Below are positions 1 to 7,018 of a stretch of 64,000 nucleotides of DNA, one piece after another. How positions within the stretch are numbered: the first letter of the stretch is position 1; each line of letters starts with the position of its first letter. Where the stretch lies: positions 23,110-87,109 of the forward strand of contig JAUNER010000007.1 in assembly GCA_030525455.1 (NCBI GenBank), in the 5' to 3' direction. This DNA comes from Akkermansia sp. GTDB lineage: Bacteria > Verrucomicrobiota > Verrucomicrobiia > Verrucomicrobiales > Akkermansiaceae. A model generated the notes under the pieces. The model was not told the DNA's origin, searched no databases, and saw nothing but the letters and a program-made list of their open reading frames with translations. The position numbers and the translations under genes were made by a program.

Positions 1-369
1 TCGTTTGGTGGGCATGAGGAAGTAGTGAAAGCTCTTCTACAAGCCGGAGCTGATGCGAATGCGAAAATCGAGGATGGCAGGACAGTATTGATGTGTGCAT
101 TGGATAAAGGTCATGCAGAGATAGGCAAAGCCCTCATTGCAGCCGGTGCTGATGTGAATGCGAAAGATAAGAAAGGCTGGACAGCGTTGATGAAAGCATC
201 ACGAAGAGCTGAAGTGGAAATAGTCAAAGCCCTCATTGCAGCCGGTGCTGATGTGAATGCGAAAGGTAAGGGTGGCTGGACAGTGTTGTATTGTGCTACT
301 AAAGATAACTATGGTGCTCTTCGAGAAGAACTCGTCAAAATTCTTAAAGAAGCCGGAGCTAAGGAATAG
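1..369 (+). CDS. Ankyrin-repeat protein, 5'-truncated by the window edge
   Basis: Frame 1 is open from base 1 (SFGGHEEVVKALLQAGADANAK...). It has tandem 33-aa GADVNAK..G.TAL..A repeats and ends REELVKILKEAGAKE*. Confidence 0.9.
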   Translation, partial: SFGGHEEVVKALLQAGADANAKIEDGRTVLMCALDKGHAEIGKALIAAGADVNAKDKKGWTALMKASRRAEVEIVKALIAAGADVNAKGKGGWTVLYCATKDNYGALREELVKILKEAGAKE

Positions 370-470
370 TTGTTATTTGTAGTAAACCTAGCCAGATTTG
401 CCGGAATGGTTTATAATGTCATTCCGGAAAATCTATTTAATGTAACATTATCAGAAATTATGAGAACAAA
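321..470 (+). repeat. 150-bp direct repeat, copy 1 (ankyrin 3' end + intergenic leader + ATG)
   Basis: tcgagaagaactcgtcaaaattctt...tcagaaattatg(a/g)gaacaaa recurs at 1476-1625 (offset 1155) with only a few substitutions. Confidence 0.95.
389..417 (+). promoter_or_regulatory. sigma70-like promoter inside repeat copy 1
   Basis: TAGCCA-17 bp-TATAAT, with an ATG 43 nt downstream at 460. Confidence 0.6.
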
Positions 471-1524
471 CAATTATATTAAAACGACAAATTCAATGTT
501 GATAGGATTGATAACATTGATGGGGGTGCAAGAAGTTGTAGCTAATGATATGCTTACGGTGTATACTCCCGATAAAATGAAGGAGGCTATAAAAAAAGCT
601 GATTTAAAATACTTGAAAGATGCACTTGAGGGGGGAGCTACTGTAGATATGGATATAAGGATGGAAGCTTATAGACAGCCTAATAAAATAATATTGAGAA
701 TGTTTGAACAGATTGGTGAAGGTGTAAATGTAAAAGACAAGGAAGGTCGAACAGCATTAATAATTGTTGCTAGAGATGGGCGTGAAGATGTAGTAAAAAA
801 TTTGATCGCACTTAAAGCAGATGTGAATGCGAAAGATAAGGATGGCATTACAGGGTTGATGTATGCATCGGTGCAGGGGAAAGTAGAGATAGTCAAAGCC
901 CTCATTACAGCCGGTGCTGATGTGAATGCGAAAGCTAAGGATGGCATTACAGGGTTGATGTTTGCATCGGCTTCTGGTAACGTAGAAGTAGTAAAAGCTC
1001 TCATTGCTGCCGGTGCTGATGTGAAGGCAAAAGATAAGGATGGTATTACATGGTTGATGCTTGCACCGGAAAAAGGTTACGTGGAAGTAGTCAAAGCCCT
1101 CATTGCTGCCGGTGCTGATGTGAATGCGAAAGGTAAGGATGATAGTACAGCGTTGATGTTGGCATCGTTTTCTGGTAACGTAAAAGTAGTAAAAGCTCTC
1201 ATTGCAGCCGGTGCTGATGTGAATGCGAAAGAGAACGATGGCACTACAGCGTTGATGGGTGCATTGGGTTTTGGTAACGTAGAAGTAGTCAAAGCCCTCA
1301 TTGCAGCCGGTGCCGATGTGAATGCGAAAACTAACTATGGCGTTACAGCGTTGATATTTGCATTGGCTTCTGATAACGTAGAAGTAGTAAAAGCTCTCAT
1401 TGCCGCCGGTGCTGATGTGAATGCGAAAGATAAGGATGGCGATACAGCGTTGGATTATGCAAAAAATAGCGATCGTCGAGAAGAACTCGTCAAAATTCTT
1501 AAAGAAGCCGGAGCTAAGGAATAG
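460..1524 (+). CDS. Secreted ankyrin-repeat protein (~8 repeats)
   Basis: The ATG at 460 gives a signal-peptide-like N-terminus (MRTNNYIKTTNSMLIGLITLMGVQEVVA). Near-identical 99-bp repeats follow. The ORF-track TTG start at 370 falls in the repeated leader. Confidence 0.9.
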   Translation: MRTNNYIKTTNSMLIGLITLMGVQEVVANDMLTVYTPDKMKEAIKKADLKYLKDALEGGATVDMDIRMEAYRQPNKIILRMFEQIGEGVNVKDKEGRTALIIVARDGREDVVKNLIALKADVNAKDKDGITGLMYASVQGKVEIVKALITAGADVNAKAKDGITGLMFASASGNVEVVKALIAAGADVKAKDKDGITWLMLAPEKGYVEVVKALIAAGADVNAKGKDDSTALMLASFSGNVKVVKALIAAGADVNAKENDGTTALMGALGFGNVEVVKALIAAGADVNAKTNYGVTALIFALASDNVEVVKALIAAGADVNAKDKDGDTALDYAKNSDRREELVKILKEAGAKE

Positions 1525-1625
1525 TTGTTATTTGTGATAAACCTAGTCAGATTTGCCGGAATGGTTTATAATGTCATTTCGGTAAATCTATTTAATGTAA
1601 CATTATCAGAAATTATGGGAACAAA
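1476..1625 (+). repeat. 150-bp direct repeat, copy 2
   Basis: Near-identical to 321-470. Confidence 0.95.
1544..1572 (+). promoter_or_regulatory. sigma70-like promoter inside repeat copy 2
   Basis: TAGTCA-17 bp-TATAAT, with an ATG at 1615. Confidence 0.6.
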
Positions 1626-2529
1626 AACGAAGAAATATGTGGTTGAACCGGGGAAGCGTAAGCTAATTAGTGAAGATAGAGTTTGGTGTAATATCAATCC
1701 CTATAAATTGAGCAAAGCGGCAAGTGAGAAAATGCCGTATCAATTTAGGTTTTATATTGGTGATGAAATTTTTAGTTACTCTGTAGATTCGGCATTACTT
1801 GAAGAAAAATTTAAAGAAAAGGAAGTCCGTATTAAGCACAATAAAAGTGGTGATATGTGGGACTTTTTTGTCGATTGGACTAGTGGCAAGGTATATAGAA
1901 CTAAAAGCCCTTATGATATACAAGAAGTTTGTAGCATAGAACCAAGTCAAGGGGAAGAAATACCTATACGCAAGGAGACTCCGTGTGAGAAACAGGAAGA
2001 GCCAAGGCGAAGAAACAAAGGTGAAATAATACGCTATGTGGGAGCGGAGAAGCTAAATGAAGTGATAGATGAGCTGAAAATAGACCTTGTGCAGTTAGTC
2101 GCTAAAACAGCCATTTGGGCACCGAGAGAAGCTCACGAAAAAGCCGGTAGTGGAGCAAACAATCCACACGTCAGACGAGGACGGCCAAATGAAGAACCGG
2201 TTGAGGGAATCAGATTTGATTCTAATAACTATCCTAATGCTCAGATGAAGGCGATGGCAAGGCGATATTATGGGATTATGCCGGAAGGGTATGAAGTTTG
2301 CCATGTATGGGATAAAACTTGTTATGATGAACGCTATCATACGTGTTTTGCCAATTTAGTATTATTGCCAAGAGGAGTTGCCGCTCTAAGTGACCACAAT
2401 GAACTGATAAAACAGGTACTCCAATATAGAGCATACGAATTGTATGATTGGTATCCGGAAGATTTATTCCCCAAACCGGAGAAACCGAGTGTGTATCCGG
2501 AAAATTGGATAAATCATCGGGAAGTGTAA
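1615..2529 (+). CDS. Hypothetical protein with a C-terminal HNH-like nuclease motif
   Basis: YEVCHVWDKTCYDERYHTCFANLVLLPRGVAALSDH resembles the beta-beta-alpha H..N..H/D pattern. The start is the ATG inside the repeated leader. Confidence 0.5.
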   Translation: MGTKTKKYVVEPGKRKLISEDRVWCNINPYKLSKAASEKMPYQFRFYIGDEIFSYSVDSALLEEKFKEKEVRIKHNKSGDMWDFFVDWTSGKVYRTKSPYDIQEVCSIEPSQGEEIPIRKETPCEKQEEPRRRNKGEIIRYVGAEKLNEVIDELKIDLVQLVAKTAIWAPREAHEKAGSGANNPHVRRGRPNEEPVEGIRFDSNNYPNAQMKAMARRYYGIMPEGYEVCHVWDKTCYDERYHTCFANLVLLPRGVAALSDHNELIKQVLQYRAYELYDWYPEDLFPKPEKPSVYPENWINHREV

Positions 2530-2548
2530 GGGGCTTTTTAGAATAAAA

Positions 2549-2602
2549 AAACTCTGTAGCCTAGAGGGGCACGCACAAAACCGCTCGTGGGCTACAGAGT
2601 TT
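2549..2602. terminator. Probable bidirectional terminator between convergent genes
   Basis: 13-bp inverted repeat aaactctgtagcc / ggctacagagttt with an A-tract on the left. Confidence 0.7.
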
Positions 2603-2657
2603 GGGGTGTTGTTAGACACACACACGATTTATCCAACAAGAAAGGCGGTGGGGAGAG

Positions 2658-4055
2658 TTAGGAGTGGTGGAAGGCTTGGCCGTCAGCAGGGGACATTTGG
2701 TGGGTGACGGGGTGAGATTTGAAAAAAGCGAGCATACGGCGGAAGTCCTCTAGGAAGAGGGAGGCGAGGTCTTTGGAGAAGCCTTGGCGAACCATGATAC
2801 GCATGACGGTCGTTTGCTGACAGTCAGCAGGGAGAGTAAAGGCCGGGACCTGCCAGCCACGGGTGCGGAGTTTGTCTGACAAATCAAAGAGATTATAGGG
2901 CAGAGTGGAGCCGGGTTTGATAAAGAAGCAGACGGCAGGGATGCCGGATTTTTCATCGCCTGTGCAGATAAACTCGTAAGGGCCTAGTTTACTAATCTCT
3001 GCGGTGAGGAACTTAGCGACTTGGTAGGCCTGGGTGTGGATATTGGTATAGCCCTGACGACCTAGACGGATGAAGTCGTAATACTGACTGATGACCTGCC
3101 CGGCGGGGCGAGAGAAATTAATAGCAAAAGTAGGCACTTCACCGCCAAGGTAGTTGACGTTAAAGACGAGTTCTTGAGGCAGGACGGAAACATCTCGCCA
3201 GACAATCCAGCCACAGCCCAGGGGAGCTAAGCCGTATTTGTGACCGGATGTGCTGATGGATTTTACACGCGGAGTGCGGAAATCGAACTCAATTTCCGGG
3301 GCACAAAAGGGGGCAAGGAAGCCACCGCTCGCGGCATCGACGTGAATATCGACACTAATGCCCGTGCGAGCCTCGAACGAATCGAGAGCCTTGGCGATTT
3401 TATCCGGGAATTCAAATGCACCTGTATAAGTTACGCCGAAAGTAGGCACGACGACGATGGTATTTTCGTCTACTTGCTCGAGCATACGCTGCTCATCCAT
3501 GGCCCATTTGCCCTCTGCCATTGGAATTTCACGCATTTCTACGTCCCAATATCGGCAGAACTTATGCCAGCAAATCTGCACCGGACCGCAGACGAGGTTG
3601 GGCTTATCGGTGGGTTTACCGGCAGCCTTTCTGCGGGCACGCCATCGCCAAAGAGCCGCCATACCGCCAAGCATACAAGCCTCGCTGGAACCAATGGTAG
3701 AGCAACCGATAGGCGTTTCTGAGGGGGAAGCATTCCACAAGTTTGCCAGAATAGCCGCACACCGCATCTCGATAGCGGCGGTTTGGGGGTACTCGTCTTT
3801 GTCAATCATGTTTTTATCGATGCTCAGATCCATGAGCATACGCACTTGTTTTTCATCCCAAGTTTGGCAGAAAGTTGCTAAATTTTGGCGAGCATTGCCA
3901 TCGAGCATTAGCTCATCTGAGACAAGTTGAAAGGCTTCCTCCGGTCGCATCATTTGCTCGGGGAAGTGGTGGCGAGGCAGACTGTTGCAAACTTCAGGAG
4001 AACCGAAAATGGAATGTTGAGCGGTCGCTTGCCGGGGGGGAGTAGGAGTATTCAT
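2658..4055 (-). CDS. gadB: Glutamate decarboxylase
   Basis: [33 protein letters not shown] and the PLP lysine motif STSGHKYGL. Confidence 0.97.
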   Translation of the reverse strand: MNTPTPPRQATAQHSIFGSPEVCNSLPRHHFPEQMMRPEEAFQLVSDELMLDGNARQNLATFCQTWDEKQVRMLMDLSIDKNMIDKDEYPQTAAIEMRCAAILANLWNASPSETPIGCSTIGSSEACMLGGMAALWRWRARRKAAGKPTDKPNLVCGPVQICWHKFCRYWDVEMREIPMAEGKWAMDEQRMLEQVDENTIVVVPTFGVTYTGAFEFPDKIAKALDSFEARTGISVDIHVDAASGGFLAPFCAPEIEFDFRTPRVKSISTSGHKYGLAPLGCGWIVWRDVSVLPQELVFNVNYLGGEVPTFAINFSRPAGQVISQYYDFIRLGRQGYTNIHTQAYQVAKFLTAEISKLGPYEFICTGDEKSGIPAVCFFIKPGSTLPYNLFDLSDKLRTRGWQVPAFTLPADCQQTTVMRIMVRQGFSKDLASLFLEDFRRMLAFFKSHPVTHQMSPADGQAFHHS

Positions 4056-4167
4056 CGTGGTATTTCTATTTCATTGAAAGCCGGGGAAGGGTAGTCCCTG
4101 CATTTAGGGGAATAGAGCCGCTTTTATATAAAGCCGTTCAAAACCGCTGTGTCAGCTTAGTATTCCG

Positions 4168-5232
4168 GGGTGATTAGCGGTGAAGAGTAAGGGGTGTATT
4201 TCTTCCCCCAACCGCAAGCGAATGGGCGAGAGCCTAGTTACAGAGAAACGGAGAGATAGCCCGGTATTTCTCCTAAAACCACGCTCGACACCCAAGCGTT
4301 CACCCGCTGGGAGCACGTAAAGGTCTCCTGACTTTAGCGGTGAGGCTAATCAAGTTTTTATTTGGAACCGGAGCGTTAGCTCCTATTACTTGGAGAAAGG
4401 GCTAATTTGCAGAGATGGCTAGGGCTGGTTATACGCTATTGCTAAAGTCAGGAGACTTTAGCTCCCAGGTAGGCAGCGTGTGCGTTGATTTCTAGGGGAA
4501 TTAGCGTGGGAGCGTGAAGTTTGTAATTTGTCCTCTAACCGCAAACGAATGGGCGTGAGCTTAGTTACAGAGAAACGGAGAGATAGCCAAATATCGTCTT
4601 AAAAGCCTTAGCCGACATCCAAGCGACGAGCACTGGGGACTTCGAGCTCCTGCTCGTAGCAGTGAGGTTAATCAACGGTAAATCTACAGAAACAACCATT
4701 CCCTAGTGACTCCAAACTGTGATTCTCCCTCTGTGGGTATACCTCTGTTGGTTTGGCCACTTTGTGGCAGTTCCGCTTTTGGAGAAGCGGAACAACTAAA
4801 GTCGGGAGACTTTAGTTCCCAGGGATTCAGCGTATGCTCTGTGTTCTTAGGTAATTAGCGGTGGAACGTAAGTGGTGTATTTTGTCCTCTAACCGCAAGC
4901 GTATGGGCGTGAGCCTAGTTACAAAGAAACGCATAAAAACCCGATAAAGCTATCTATCCACGCTCGACACTCAAGCGTTCATCTCGCTGGGAGCTAAAGT
5001 CTCCTGACTTTAGCGGTGAGGTTAACCCAGCTTTTATTTGGAACCGGAGCGTTAGCTCCTATTACTTGGAGAAAGGGCTAATTTGCAGAGATGGCTAGGG
5101 CTGGTTATACGCTATTGCTAAAGTCAGGAGACTTTAGCTCCCAGGGATTCAGCGTATGCTCTGTATTTTTAGGTGATTAGCGGTGAAGCGTGGAGGGGGT
5201 ATTCTGCCCCCCCAACCGCAAGCGACGAGCAC
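4168..5232. repeat. Non-coding tandem array of ~320-355-bp units, each with inverted REP-like hairpin pairs
   Basis: The anchor aaccgcaa occurs at 4210, 4537, 4891 and 5213. The 28-mer ctgggagctaaagtctcctgactttagc or a variant is at 4307, 4633 and 4987, and its reverse complement at 4441, 4795 and 5117. 4356-4469 is identical to 5032-5145. Confidence 0.95.
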
Positions 5233-5303
5233 TAGTGAATACTGTCGAAAGGGGGGAAAGGTTAGGATTGATTTTTAGTGAGGACTTAGGTAGTCTGCAA
5301 AGC

Positions 5304-6092
5304 ATGGATTGGGAGTTAGTACTGGATATACTCCGTGCAATAGTTGAGATAGTGATATTGTGGGTGTTTTTGTACCAAGTGTACAGAGCATTCCATGCTA
5401 CACGAGCCGCACGCATCATGGTAGGGCTATTTGTCTGTTTCTTAGCCTTGGTTGTATTAGCCGGGTTATTTCAATTAAACGTTATTTCGTGGTTATTGAC
5501 GCGAATATTTGGTCCGGGTTTGGCCTTAGCCTTGGTGGTGATTTTCCAGCCTGAATTGCGAGTAGGTTTGGCAAAGCTGGGGAGTCATCCGCTTTTATCC
5601 TCATTTGCGACGTTACACAGAGATGATTTTCTTGATGATTTTTGTAAAGCCGTCAGTAAGCTTTCCAGTCTACATACGGGGGCGATATTTGCCTTTGAGA
5701 GAGGAATTAGTATGAAGCAGATTGAAAATACAGGCATCAAGGTAGATGCTATATTTTCACCGGAGTTGGCCCATACGATATTTTACTCAAAGACGGCTCT
5801 GCATGATGGCGGGGTAGTGATAGCCGGGGATAGAATATCGGCGGCAGGTTGTATCTTCCCTGTATCAAATAAAGAACTCCAAGACAGAACCCTAGGGCTA
5901 CGGCACAGAGCCGGTGTAGGGATGAGTGATGAGGCGGATTGCGTCGTGGTTATCGTCTCTGAAGAAACAGGTTCCATATCAATAGCTTTGGCTGGTAAGC
6001 TAGAAAGAAATTTGACCATAGACCAGCTGAAAGGTCGGCTCCAAGAACTGCTAAACATATCATCGAACAATGAAAAATCTACTGTTGCTTAA
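5304..6092 (+). CDS. cdaA: Membrane diadenylate cyclase CdaA/DacA
   Basis: Three N-terminal TM helices, ALVVIFQPELR, HDGG (DGA-like) and GLRHRA motifs. The likely start is MDWELV at 5304, since the ORF-track start lies in the repeat array. Confidence 0.93.
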   Translation: MDWELVLDILRAIVEIVILWVFLYQVYRAFHATRAARIMVGLFVCFLALVVLAGLFQLNVISWLLTRIFGPGLALALVVIFQPELRVGLAKLGSHPLLSSFATLHRDDFLDDFCKAVSKLSSLHTGAIFAFERGISMKQIENTGIKVDAIFSPELAHTIFYSKTALHDGGVVIAGDRISAAGCIFPVSNKELQDRTLGLRHRAGVGMSDEADCVVVIVSEETGSISIALAGKLERNLTIDQLKGRLQELLNISSNNEKSTVA

Positions 6093-6222
6093 CTGGCCGG
6101 CAAAGCTGTGTTGCTTGATTTTGGCCATTATTATATGGGGAACCATTCGAGAATGGGGGGCAGAATCCCAAGCTACGTCTCCCTATACTAATAAGGAAGA
6201 AATTCGTCGTTCACATCCATAA
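6070..6222 (+). CDS. 50-aa membrane protein resembling the N-terminal anchor of CdaR/YbbR (not in the ORF track)
   Basis: I translated this by hand as MKNLLLLNWPAKLCCLILAIIIWGTIREWGAESQATSPYTNKEEIRRSHP*. It overlaps the cdaA 3' end, and NW..KL..L.LAI..W is the typical CdaR anchor. Confidence 0.7.
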   Translation: MKNLLLLNWPAKLCCLILAIIIWGTIREWGAESQATSPYTNKEEIRRSHP

Positions 6223-6242
6223 GTGAAGGGGGGGAAAATCGT

Positions 6243-7013
6243 ATGAGAAATTTTGCCATCGTCGGAACAGACGCAAGTGTAGGGAAAAGCTACATTGCCA
6301 AGTTGATAGTCAATGATCTAAAGTCCAGAGGGCTAAGTGTGGCGTATTTCAAGCCAATAGCTTGCGGAACGCGGCAGGACGTGCGTGAGCTACGGGAAGT
6401 ATGTGGCATAGACGAGTCATTAGAACTGTTGAATCCCTATTATTACCGTAGTAGTGTGAGTACCGCCGCAGCGGCAGAAGTAGAGGGTAAGGCTGTCAAT
6501 GTAGACGAGATAAAAGCTGCCTATGCACAACTAAGTGCTAAGTATGACTGCGTGGTTGTCGAAGGCGGTGAAGGTGTCAACGAACCATTGAATGCGAATG
6601 GATTAACGGCAGGTGCTTTGATGCAAGAGTTGGGCGTGCCATCAGTATTGATTATTGGCAATAAGAGAGGAGCTGTCAACCATGCTCTGATGAGTACAAA
6701 GATGATAGAAAATCTAGGCGGGAAGCTCCTAGGCGTGATATTTAACACCCGGCAGGACGAATGGGATTTAGCCTGTGTGACCAATCGAAGTGTGTTTGAA
6801 AAATGCAGTCCCGGCATCCCTGTAATAGATGAGCTGATACATGGGCAGGATACTATCGATATAGAAATCCTGCTCGAACACATCATGGAAGACAAAGATT
6901 TCAGCTCTGTTGAAACTGTGTTACATACCCCACTAGCCGGGCGTCCCCTTAGTGAAGTGTGCAATGAGCAAGCCCACATCAGCTTTGAGGATGATGATGC
7001 TCCGGCTCATTAA
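6243..7013 (+). CDS. bioD: Dethiobiotin synthase
   Basis: GTDASVGKS P-loop, YFKPIACG, VVVEGGEG. Confidence 0.88.
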   Translation: MRNFAIVGTDASVGKSYIAKLIVNDLKSRGLSVAYFKPIACGTRQDVRELREVCGIDESLELLNPYYYRSSVSTAAAAEVEGKAVNVDEIKAAYAQLSAKYDCVVVEGGEGVNEPLNANGLTAGALMQELGVPSVLIIGNKRGAVNHALMSTKMIENLGGKLLGVIFNTRQDEWDLACVTNRSVFEKCSPGIPVIDELIHGQDTIDIEILLEHIMEDKDFSSVETVLHTPLAGRPLSEVCNEQAHISFEDDDAPAH

Positions 7014-7018
7014 GGGAA

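Noticed and set aside
370-1614. ORF-track N-terminal extensions at 370 and 1525 (MLFV.NL.RFAGMVYNVI...)
   Set aside because: They are translations of the repeated promoter leader. The ATGs at 460 and 1615 give sensible proteins. The extensions at 5190, 10229, 42510 and 55699 were trimmed for similar reasons.
4034-4040. G7 tract in the gadB 5' end as a phase-variation switch
   Set aside because: The tract is short, the frame is intact, and similar runs occur elsewhere.
4168-5232. CRISPR array
   Set aside because: The period is ~330 bp, the 28-mers alternate in orientation, two inserts are identical, and no cas genes are present.
4168-5232. Integron attC cassette array
   Set aside because: TAAC...GTTA ends exist but do not fit RYYYAAC/GTTRRRY with paired L boxes. 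There are no cassette ORFs and no intI.
4168-5303. c-di-AMP (ydaO) riboswitch or retron msr-msd upstream of cdaA
   Set aside because: I could not recognise the ydaO consensus, and there is no reverse transcriptase in the window.
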